64,000 nucleotides of DNA from Auanema rhodensis. Taxonomy: Eukaryota > Animalia > Nematoda. The stretch covers positions 8,556,001 through 8,620,000 of the forward strand of contig OZ059896.1 of the NCBI GenBank assembly GCA_964057225.1. Direction: 5' to 3'. The notes beneath the pieces were generated by a model. The model did not search any database. It was not told the origin of the DNA and saw only the letters and a list, made by a program, of their open reading frames with translations. Below are positions 14,568 through 26,571 of the stretch, one piece after another (the first letter of the stretch is position 1; every line of letters starts with the position of its first letter). The position numbers and the translations under genes were made by a program.

Positions 14568-14594
14568 CACCTGTGTGGCGGAAGACGACAGGTG
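14568..14594. promoter_or_regulatory. Paired E-boxes (CACCTGT / ACAGGTG) upstream of the Snail-family gene
   Basis: CACCTGT at 14568-14574 and ACAGGTG at 14588-14594, about 160 bp upstream of the ATG. Function is inferred. Confidence 0.5.
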
Positions 14595-14989
14595 CCTATG
14601 AGATTTTCTCTGTTCGTAGCATCATCTCTTACCTGAAGCCGACTTATCAAAGAAGGTGGAGCAGATGAAAAGAGAAAGAGATTTCAGAGTTAAGGTTATC
14701 TCTCTTGTTTATCTGTTATATTTAACATAATAGAAGTATTATAAATAAACTTAAACTGGAGAAATGGACAGATCTGTAAAAGATCAAAAAATCCGACGGA
14801 AATGCGTTAGAATTCACACTTTTCTCGAAATGATATAACACAGAAAGCTACGTCTTTTTCTTATTTCATCACAATACAATATTTTTGAAACTTTATTATT
14901 GATACATGGAATATTTTGTTTTAGACATAATGGTATATTGAAATTAAATTCAAAATTTTTTGAAAAAATCTATTCTGAATCAGTAAGAG

Positions 14990-15624
14990 TTATAAATCTT
15001 CATTGGTAGGTCGTTTTATTAGAGAGTTCAAGTCTTGAATCCATTGTTCTCTATCAAATTGGTGCATGTTTTTCAGTTCACGATTTGCCTGCAAATTCAG
15101 TTTGTTTTTAAGTTCAAGAAAAGGAATGCTACCTTAACAATAATATTATCAACTATGTTAAGATGATGTTTTTTAAAATCTCTCAGTTGAGATGATGATT
15201 TTAAAACCAGCAGTGGTGGCATTATTCTGTCACTCTTAACAATCAAAACTTAAAAAATAAAACTAAAATTGAAACTTACGTTATATGCGATTTCTTCCAT
15301 TTCTTCAGTGGCTTTCGTATGTGAAGCTAAAAGTTCTTGAAGTATATGTAAAGTTTCAGCCAAGTTTTCTGCTGCCTATAAGTTAAGTCACATACATGTA
15401 CATGTTACAATCGGTAATGAAAGATCTTACTTTAAGACATTCGTCAGAACTAGTATCACATGCTTTGTCTAGTTCATGAATGAAATCATCACTTCTTTCT
15501 GAAAATTTGAATGTAAAGTACTTTTTCTTAAATCTGAGATCTTACTTGTAAAAAAATAAATATCATTGTCATGTGCTGAAGCTAGAAAAATCAAAATATT
15601 TAAGAGAAAAAGTGTGCACCACAT
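14990..15624 (-). CDS. Small secreted/ER protein of unknown family (~146 aa, 5 exons)
   Basis: Signal-peptide-like start MWCTLFLLNILIFLASA. Four short GT-AG introns join in frame: ...HELDKACDTSSDECLK/AAENLAETLHILQELL.../SDRIMPPLL.../ANRELKNMHQFDREQWIQDLNSLIKRPTNEDL*. Confidence 0.8.
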
Positions 15625-16236
15625 ACTATCGAATAGATATATCAATGTAACTTTGTGCAATACATGTCAGGTTATTTTTGTTTATTGTTTATTTTATACG
15701 TTTGATAATGTATATAGAAACTGTGAAAAAATTAAATAAATATAACACATATAATTGACCTTTAGAGACAAAAAAAAAGATTTGAAATCATTAAAATTCT
15801 TTTTAGTTTTATTTAAACAGAAATATAATTGTTTTTTGTTTGTTTTAAGAATAAATAAAATGAATTAATCTAATATGATTTTAATATCAAATGAATGAAC
15901 ATAAAATTGAACATAAAAGTGATTAAAGCACAGAATTTACATCCATTGGAAAAAAATTAAAATCTGAAAATCATTGTGATAAGTTCAATATAAGAAAGAT
16001 TATTATTTTTAACTGTTTAAAATAAATATTATTAACAACTTGAACTTTTCTAAAGTTTCTATTATATTTGAATAATATAAATAATCATAGAGGATCATAT
16101 CATATACAGTATATATAAAGTTTTTCATACATACATACATGTATGTAGTTCAGACAATTATATTCTATCAATTATGGATAATAACACTAATTAATTTTGA
16201 TAAAATTAAGATTTGTTTTGTAAAAATACATTCAAA

Positions 16237-17806
16237 TTAGAGATTGTTTTCATTTCCAGCTTGTGATATCTGTATTCTCTGAAGATATTCAGCACTTTCA
16301 ATATCAAGATTTTCTTCTGAAAGATGACCATTATCTCGTCGTCTTTCTATACTTTCGTCCTAAAACATAGAATATAAAACTAAAATCCTTAAAATTGTTT
16401 TTACTTCTTCTTGAATTACTTCCACTGTTTGAGGTAAAGCAAAACGAATCCTATATATAGCATCTTCCTTAAGTATTGAACGGAAGCTATGCCTAAACGA
16501 AAAAAAACTTTATTATTAATAATCTAGAAGACCTCAACTCAAGAAATCTATCATCTAATTCAGAATTTTCCATTTCAAGTTTACTGTAGGCAACAACTCT
16601 GGTAATATGATTAGTTACTCGTCGTATTGTTGAATCTTTACGAGATCGATGTCTTCTAGAAATATATATAAAATTATATAAAATAAAGGAAAATAATACA
16701 TACGTATGACAAAAATTGCTGAGAATATGAAATACATGTGATCGAAACGTCTTACTTATCAAAAAGATTAATGGAAATGGTAACGAGTATGATATAGCAA
16801 ATAATGTTAACTGCAATATGATTAATTATATTTTTATAAATTAAATAATATTACTTTGGTTGAATCATCTATTCGTTCTCCTCTTAATAAAGTAATTGTA
16901 TAACTTAGATGTACAACTGAATGAGCAATAATAATGGAGAATAAGATTGTTCTCAGATTTGATAGCAAAGGAATATGCTTAGCTGCGTATGGAGATCCCA
17001 ATTTAGGTAATATACATCGTTCAGATGTTAAAAATGTCAAAGTGAATAATGTTGTCATCCTACAACAATTAATGTTTTTATTCATTTTATGTATTTACTA
17101 ATAGTTATTTTGTTAGTTTTTACTATACTTACCAAAAAATAATTGTTGGTGTAGCTCGAATGAATTCCAATTTCATACTGTCTCCCTTGACAGCATCTGA
17201 TAATCGTAATTGGCCAATTGCTGCTTGACCGTAAGCAGTTAGACAAATTTGATAATCCAAACTGTATTCAAAGCATAGAGATACATTGGCTATTATTCCG
17301 AATGGTACAATCCAACATGTTTTTCTCCATGCTACCCATCCTTGGGCACTCCATCTTCTACATCGCTGAAAACTTTTCAGTTATTCACATTTCATATTAA
17401 TGATGAATCTTACGCGAACATAATTTATCAACAGTTGAAGACGTACAGCTAAGCAAAAAGCATTAGATGCGATCATAAAATGAAATAATCCAAGTACAAG
17501 AGGAAGAAAATTTGTGGCAAACCAAGTTTGACCACGCTGATAGTGCTCAGTTAATAGCTTTAAAGGAAATGGTAGAATAAAAAATAAAAACTGAGCAATT
17601 CCCAATATTCGTATATAAGTGAAACTAAAAATTGCAAATAAGTTTATTCTATTCTACTTTAAGTAGAATACCTAGCTGTACAAAGTTTTGATCTTCCAGA
17701 AAATGCAGATAAAAGACAAATATTACTGACAATGCCAGCGACATTTAATAAAACATGAAAGATCACATTGGCTCCAACTTCAGAGCTTCCCTATAAATTA
17801 TAAAAA

Positions 17807-17838
<32 letters not shown>

Positions 17839-17909
17839 CATATAAATAAGACGAATACCTGATAAATATCACTACACAGTGGTCGGGTAACATTCGCTTT
17901 CAGAGACAT
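16237..17909 (-). CDS. Divergent rhodopsin-like (class A) GPCR, probably peptide-receptor-like
   Basis: N-terminal NVT sequon, TM1 LLNVAGIVSNICLL (GxxxN pattern), FTYIRILGIAQFLF (TM2-like), further hydrophobic segments, TM7/helix 8 LPFPLIFLISKTF, then a charged C-terminal tail ending NENNL*. Confidence 0.72.
17811..17838. repeat. (AT)n microsatellite in GPCR intron 1
   Basis: Direct dinucleotide run. Confidence 0.9.
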
Positions 17910-18587
17910 TCAGTGATACTCCACAATCCTCTATGAAATACGTATAAACGTATATAACCTCCTTCTTTGGAATACTGAAAATACTGAGATTTGCATCATA
18001 GTGAGAACATTGGCTGAAAACAATAGGAGGTCAACAAATTTGGATGAAAATATATTGCAATCGTAGACGATTGCTTTATATTTTCTTCCAAAATGTATTT
18101 ACGCTCTATATTTGAAAACTATTACAACAAATATAACTAAATTTCAATTGCAATTTGATAATATATATATATATATATATATTAAATTGAAAAAAAATTA
18201 TTTTTTTAACTATATAATATAAATAATTTGAAAAAAATTCAATCACTGATCGGAGCAGGAGCAAGTTTTACACTTCTCGTTCCTCGTTTGCCGTGTCCAT
18301 CGTCGTCGTTTTAGCTCTCCTCCTCCTTTTCTTCCTCCTCCTTCTGCTCTTTGGCAGTTATTTCTTCCATATCTATGGTCTTTTTCCATTTGAAGAAATA
18401 TTGAGCTCCACAATTTCTCTTTCAATAATGTCCTTTTTGCCCGAAAACCAATTGGCATAATCAAAGATCGCAGTATCGTTAAGATGAAGGCTTATTACAC
18501 CTAATTTACTCCCCTCTCCATCTTTCAGCATCTTTGTATATAAGAAAATAAAGTGGTTAGTGTGCAAACAAGTATACCGCTTCATCA

Positions 18588-21500
18588 TCACAATTTTCGT
18601 TCTGAAGTTTTATTGAACCAAATCTCAATTACAGCTTATTTCAAGCAAAATATAGAACTTTTTCAAATGAAAACGAGTGTAATAGTTATAGTTTGAGCCA
18701 TTTATGTATTATACATTACAGAGTTTTCAAACTTTCATTGCATAGCAATATACAAAGCATATTTCTTGACTTAAAAAAATATCAAAATTTCTTTAAATAT
18801 TTCAACAATTTTTTTGAAAAAAAAATGTTAATAATTAGTTCTTGTTGATATACATATCAAATTACTGACGTTCTGGATCTGCACTGTGTAAGCGTTTGTC
18901 TTTCATTCCACCTGTGGATTGACGTCTTCCGGTTCTCATGTAATTATCATCTAAGGCTGAATCTGGTCGAAGATTATTGAATGAGCCCTAAATTTGGAAT
19001 ATCCTTTGTTAATAATAATTAAAAAATTGGTAAAAAATATTTTCTTGAGCCTTACATGTGAGCTGCTCATTTGTTGCATATAATCATCCCGAATATCATC
19101 GTCTTCAAGGTTTTTGGCATTTGATCTAGATGTGTTCATCTCCATTAATTTGCGATCCAATAAATCACTGAACAGACTATAGAGCGCTTCAACATTAGCT
19201 CCTGATTCCAAAACCTGTCAGAAGGTATTAAGTAAGTTGGACTATAATCAACCGAAAAACCTTTTGTACTTGACGGTCTTTAGGTGACACTGTTGTCTGA
19301 TTTGAACTTTCAATATCTTCTACATAAGCATCATTAGTGAATGTTCTTGTTCGGAACGGAGAATCGGCTCTGTAATTGAATTTTTTGTCCTCTTTTTTTT
19401 CTTTTTACTTACATTTTTACGGCATTAATTTGTCTGTGTTTTGGCTGTAATTTTGTTAAGTTCAGAGCATCTTCCAATGTAATTTTAGCGTAAGCTCTCA
19501 CAATACATGACGCATCAAAATCTTTTTTTGTTTCATTTCTTAATAAGATTGGCCTTAGAATTTTGGCATTGAAACGTTCAAAGCTAAAAAAAAATTCTAG
19601 AATATAGTTAAAAGGAATATATGTTACTTATCACGGAATGAATAATGTCCTTGTTGTCCTGCTATATCCTCTAATCCTGACATTATATAATCAAGATACT
19701 GAATCATAATATTTCATTATATTATAAATATAAATAGAATACCTTGTTATATACGCATTCAGTCATAGTTGGAGCATGTTCTTGTTTTCTCTCAACATTA
19801 AGATAATTGACCAGTGGTCGAATTGTTATACCCTATATATCAAATATTTGTATTTTAAAATATAAAAGTAAATATTACCTGGAGGAAAACATTGAAGAAA
19901 ATTACAATAATAGTCGTTGTCACAAACATAGGTTTTGCTTCAATGTCATCCGGAATAGATACCGCTAAACCGAAAGCTATAGCTCCACGTAAACCTCCAT
20001 ATGACAAAATAAACTGATCAACCTAAAATTAAGTTGTTTAAGCAATAATTCATTGAAATAATTATATTTTTTCTTACATAGGAGAAGTTCTTGTGACGGA
20101 ATTTATTTAAGAACCAGCATTGTACTACAACACCTATAAATAATTTTAATTTTATTAATAAAATTTTTTAAAAAATTGTCATTTTCATCAAATATATGTA
20201 TATGTATATATCTTCACCAAAGACCATATTGTCATAGTTGTATATAATTTGCATATATAAGTAAATCAATAATATTATATGATGATGTATATTAAAATGA
20301 AAAAAAAACTCGTTAACGAAATTGTCTATATTCAAAATCATTAATTCTAGTTTCGGTTTTAAAAGGTCAATAATAGTACATATTCAAAATTGTTTCTTAA
20401 TCAAGTGACTTAAATTCTTTTTTTTTAAATAATAAATAAATTAGATTACCTATGGTACGATATAACAGACACAAAAACAGTGTAAAAGCAATAAACCAGC
20501 CATCAAAGTAATGTTGACTACTTAAAGTAGAAATGCCCAAGAACCTGCAAAAAAATCTTTAAATAAACCGATTTGGATAAATGCAAAGCATATGCTACAT
20601 TTGCATATAAACTACGTAGGATAGTATGCTAATTAGACGCATCATGATGTAATAGCTCGTGTTCAAATAAAAAATTATTTCAAACTTTTTTGGGAACACA
20701 GAGCGGTTGTATTTCATTTTTCAATATGATTATTTAAAATCGTTCTTTTCAGAATGAGAAACATACATGAAAATGACAGTTTCTGCAGATTGTGCAAGCA
20801 TTTTTGTGAAATACTTAACAGAGTTAACAGCCGCCTGTGACAGATTTCCTTTGATATACTGCTTCATAGTCATTCCACACACAGCAATACTTAAATCCTC
20901 ATGAATGTAATGTTAATTTCAAAAACAACTTACGCAATAAATGCAGAAAGAGAAAACATTTCAGCAGTTAAATATGCCATATATGGAATAACAAAAATGA
21001 AAACTGGAGCGATTACACGAACCACATGTGAATACCTATGCTTTTTCTATATTTTATAGATAAAGTTCACCTTACTTTGTGATTAAAGCTGTAATGATGG
21101 CAAATAAAACACCGACAAATATTCCTCCCAGAGCAACAACGAAAAAGCTTACGACTCCTGAGAAATAGTCAATATAAGTTAGGTTTTCAGCTCCGAGATC
21201 ATAGAATGATACGAACATTTGATACAAAACCTGGAACATATATTTATATATTTTTTTAGCATACAGTTTTCTTTTTGTAATATACCACTGTCACTCCATC
21301 ATTAAATAGAGCTTCCCCAAATACATTAATGAACAAGAATTCATTTACATTGATTTCTTCAAAGACTGCAATCACAGCAACCTGCAAACTTTCTGAGCAT
21401 TATATAACTAATTCACGTAAAATATACTGGATCCACAGCTGAGATGAGAGCAGCAAAAAGAAATATTTCGAAAAATTCGAATCCCATTGAGAAAATATTA

Positions 21501-22198
21501 AAATGTGATAAAGCAAATAGTGTTCCACCTAATATACGAAATCTTAGAAAAAAGAAATTTTTGAACTTTCAAATACCAATTGCAAATGTATTCCACATAG
21601 TTCCAACTACCGAAAACAGTAAGATTGAATCCATATTTTCAAATAACGCTCGATTTGGCATAAAATATCCTTAAATAGTTTCATGATCTCATGTTCTGAA
21701 TTTTTTTTATTAATTAACCTGCATCAAAAATAATTGGAGGCAAAAGATACAAGAAGAAAATTTTGCTGTCAAGCATGAATCCTACATTTGCTTCTTTTAA
21801 AACTAATCCTATTAGCTAAAAGTTCAAATCAATTAATTCCAGTGAATTGAATTGAATCTTACCAATCCAACGATTACGAGCAGTGAAGAGTCTGGTAAGT
21901 AGGTGGCAATTGGCTTAGATAGGTGGAACACTGTAATTTTCCAGACATTATGATTTATGTTTTATTTTTCATTTTTATACAAATTTTAGCCAGAGCAGCG
22001 ACTAAAAGCCATACAGTAATCATGAAAGGTTTATCTACTTCTTCCCAACGAAATGAAATAATCTAGATAGTGTAATATATGAAATTTGGAAAAATAACAA
22101 TCAAGACTTACCTGAAAACCATTCTTCTCTTCACCTAGTGCGCCCAGAAAGACATTGAAAATCAGCAGCACCAATAGAATTAGATGTTGGTTACCCAT
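18588..22198 (-). CDS. Na+/H+ exchanger (SLC9A/NHX family), many exons; 3' end uncertain
   Basis: Signal-like [19 protein letters not shown], then [74 protein letters not shown] and [12 protein letters not shown], all hallmark NHE motifs. The stop at 18588 assumes a phase-1 splice to the acceptor at 18602. Other terminal exons in 18240-18540 are possible. Confidence 0.93.
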
Positions 22199-24078
22199 AC
22201 TTTTCCAGAGGAGTTGATCTGCAGGCTAATATTTTTTTTCTGCAAAAATAAAATAAGAGATTGGGAAGAATGTGGTTTGTAATAGAAAGAGAAGAAGACT
22301 CGACTGAGTAGTCTAATCCAGAATCAGAATTTATAATGATAAGAAAATGTTTGTATCAATCACAAACGAAGAAAGGGACGAGGACCGCTAATTGGGGTCA
22401 AATATAGCTGATGCTATACAATTTCGAATTTTTGTGTATAACAAATTTTGTATTTTTTATAAAAATTCAATGTAACTTCATGCTCAAACGTATGAGAACA
22501 CAGTTTAATCTTGATGATTGTGACCATCACTATTTGATTTCGAATGATATTTTAGAAAGAATAAGAAAATAATGACATCATATTGAAGAATATAGAGAAA
22601 AACGGATAGAAAAGTGATCTTATTAGAAAAAAGATAAAGACTATTTATTAGATGATGATAGGTTATAAAAGAATAGTTATGTTCATACTTAGAATAACTA
22701 ATAAAAAATAAATTAGTAACATATATATATATTTAGAAATTTATATATTTATTAATATATATATATATATATATATATAAATTACTTACAACTTTAGATT
22801 TTTTTCTAATACATTGTGAGCATTAACAACTTTTTCATTGTAAAAATTGAAATTTGGAGAAACAAAGAGTCAAGTTAGTTAGTTCAGCAGATCATAGACG
22901 TCATGAGCGTATGAACATAACAAAACTTGTTCTTCAAATGAATGTAAAATTTCGGGCATAATATAAACTGACAATCTTTATCGTATCACACATATTGGAA
23001 ATGTTTATCCTATTAAAATTTAAAAATAATAAGTCTTGGATGAAAAAAAGCTTGAAATATTGGAGTTTCTTAAGCGTGGCAACTGAACTTTTATCAGAAA
23101 AGTTCGACCGGTCGCAGAAAGTAAGTTGAATAAGCTCGAAATTGAAATACGAACATAAAAAACCTATATTTCCCTTAAATGCAAAAAAAAACACAATTGA
23201 AACGAAAATGAATCAGAGAATATTTTGTTGAAATTGAATAATAAGAAACGAACAATGGATTTTCGAGAAAACTTCTAGATATAATAAATTAACTTTTAAT
23301 CTATAACTTATAATACATTATTATAAAACTTGTGTGTTAAAAAAAAGTTGGAAAGGAAATAAAGTATCATAGACATGTTTTTCCTTTTTTCTCGTTTTTT
23401 GTTTCATTTTGTTTCGTTTTTCTCTGTTAACAGTAAATTGAATTATAGAAAAATTGATTATGATGCAACATTAAATGAACCGTAACTAATAGGAGAATAA
23501 GTTAATGTTACTGATATTCAATCACAATATCGTTAAAATCTATTATTCTTTGTGTAAACTCTGATTAACTCACTACAGTATATTTACGTTTTACGATTTA
23601 TATACCGATATGAGTTCATAACAGAATTTTAGCTAATTTTGGTAAAATAAAAATTAAGGTTTTGTCTTTATATATAGAGATTATGTTTGTTAATTCATAA
23701 AACCGAAAAAAAAAGTTTTCAATATGATATAGAAACAATTCAGAAATTTTCATTCATTCTTAACATTACATGTTAAATACCACATTTGTAATATTAAAGA
23801 AAATGTTTTGAAAAATTGTTCATTTTTGCTCAATAAAAAATCATTTCTCATTATTTAATATGTGATTAAGAACACAGTGACACCTCCCACTTAAATACCT
23901 GACCAATACAGTACTACTCCAAAAGAAAAGATGACGTGTGCATAAAAATGCTGATGTGTTTGTGACTGTGTAATATAAATAATTTAAGTTTATGATCAAG
24001 TTTATTCAAAATTTTCGTGTTCGATTTTTAAAAAATGTTTTATATATAATTATAGATAGAGAATAATTAACTCTGCGC

Positions 24079-26351
24079 ATGATTGAACCTGTACATGACG
24101 GTATACTCGGGAAGAGACGTCGTTCTGGTCCAGCCGAATCTGGAGTTCTTCAAAAACGAGTAAAGTTTGAACCACAGGTTAAACATAAAAGAAAAAGAAA
24201 GCGAACAAGGACCAAAGGGGTTCGACAATTTATTAAAGATGAGGTGAGTGTGATCTAGCTTTTAATTAAGTGTAAATTAACTATTTAGATTGAAAAGGCT
24301 CTACAATTGAAAAATTCGCCTATAGGGTCCTTGTTCAATAGTCGAAACGAAGATGGCGAACCAGGTATAGTAGTTTTATTTTATTTTTATACTCTTTCTA
24401 TATCAAAACATAAATTATGAATTCAGAAGCTTTATTTTCTGACATTGTCAAGGCTCTAAAGCTAAACAGTATGCAGGTTTTTTGTATAATGCGTTCAATT
24501 TCTTATTATAATTTTTCCAGTTTTCTAAGTTAACAACTGATGCTATTATTCGTATTTCGAATTTAACAACATTGTTCAAAATATATAAATCCGAAAATGA
24601 TTTGAAAATTTCGTATAGGCCTCCGCACGATACAATAGAAGCCTGCACCGTGTATATCGTGAGTTTTCCTTATTGTTGGAGTTGAACTATTGGTTTTCAG
24701 GATAATCTTCCCGCTGCATGTAATGCTGAAAGGCTAGACCGTCTTTTGAATAAATTTGGAACTGTTGTAAAGGTTTTTTTTATCTTTTTAAAATAACCAT
24801 ACATCGTTGTGTTTAAGGTTACTTATCCCCGCACCCCTTCGAGACTCGTACACGTGTATGGCCATTTAGTAGAAATGGGGAAAAAGTATAGACCTTATGC
24901 TTTTGTGCAATTCACTGAACGATCAGCTGTTGATGCCATTATAAAGGTTAATTAATCTAATAATATTCAGTTAAGAATTTATGTGCTTTAGGAATACTAT
25001 GATAATTCAAAATTTCTGACTGGTAAAAGAAGACGAAATGTTCCAAATATCTCGGAATTAAAGTTAAAACTTAAGCGGTATTTCCTTTTTTGTATTAATT
25101 TTTTAATGTATAAGCATTTTTTTCCTCAGATTGTCGTCTAAAAAAGCGAAACGAAGTCGTTACGAATATATTTTGATCGCCCGTCTTAGAAAAATCTATC
25201 GCTATTTTCTAGTAAAGGAAAGAACAGAAAGGAAAAAATCTTTAGAACATAAAGTGCCTGAAACAACTTCCAGAAAAAATAACGCTTCAAAATCTATTGG
25301 TACGCTAGTGTGAAGCTTGTACTTGTATTTTGGAAATGTTTAGGTACCAAAAAAGCTGATAACAGTGTGAAGTGTGGGTCTCGAAAATCGAGCTCTATGA
25401 ATGCTGCTTCTAGTGTACCACAGAAAATAAAAAAATCGAAAAAGAAGAGGTAAAATATTCCCTTTCATATGTTTTTTTTATAACGAATTCCAGGAAACGT
25501 GTTCACCGTCGTCGAGTTCATGCTCCTTACTATTTGCCTTGTTCTGTAGCAGACTATTTCAAGAATATCCAAGTCGTAACATAGTGAGTTCATTTCATGA
25601 GCTTTCAATTTTCTTTTTTTATCAATTTAGTTGTCAATACAAACAATTACGTAACGATTACTTGGATATTAGGAATTCGTCTCAACGTGTTTTCAAAAAT
25701 TTCGTGAATAAACACGATATTTTACCTCATCGTGGTAATGTAAGTTCTATTAATTGTTTTCTAATGTTTCTCTATTTTAAATGTTTACAGATATATCGAG
25801 GTGTTATTGATTTTCGAGATAGAGCTTGGAGTCATCGAGAAAAAGATGCAGCTCTGGTTCCTGAGCTGCGACCATATATAAGCCCTCCGGCATTTTCTTG
25901 CTCTCCTGGTTCTACGTGCTTTTCTCTCAACCCTTTTGATTATCGCATTGACTTCAATGATCTCTTGTTTCGGTCTTTTAGTGTGCCCCCCTCTTCTACC
26001 GAAGAATTTGTGAATCCCTGGCGTAAACGACGATGTCATAGTGAACCACCTAAGTCCTCACTCATTGAACATGTTGTTTCGGATCCTCCAGCTGAAAAGC
26101 CTGCTACTCCCCGTGTAGATCCTCGTTTATGTCCCCGGTTGGGAAGTTCTCTCACTCTCCGATCGTTATCCGAAGGACCTATCTTAATCCCGCTAGAATA
26201 CTCTGAAAACCCTAATAGGCGTAATCAAGCTGCTGCTTATTCAAGAAATTATGTTCCTTTACAGTCACGAAATTATTCTGACGAGAATATTAATGTGCTC
26301 CGCCCAGCTCCCACTAGTCGATCTCCCCCACAGGAGAATCGGGTTCCATGA
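24079..26351 (+). CDS. La-related protein, LARP7-like (degenerate La motif, RRM, basic linker, Pro/Ser-rich tail)
   Basis: FSKLTTDAII...ACTVYIDNLPAACNAERLDRLLNKFGTVVKVTYP...YAFVQFTERSAVDAII resembles LARP7 (KLTTD...TVYVELLP...FGxVxxIxxP...FAFVEF). YKQLRNDYLDIRNSS resembles the LARP7 segment WMDLKKEYLALQK. Lys/Arg-rich NLS-like stretches are present. Confidence 0.7.
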
Positions 26352-26571
26352 CTTATAGTTGAAGTCTAGGTATTGTTCGTTTTAATTATATCGGTGTGCT
26401 TCCAGTTTTATATTTATTTATCACTGCCTTTTCGGGTGCTACGGATCTTAGTTTAAGTTATTAAGTTAATATATACATACATATCTCTATATATATATTA
26501 ATAAAAAATAAAAGTACATAATTGTTATTAAAGAGATCATTTTTTAAACAATTGACGTTGAAAGTCGGACG

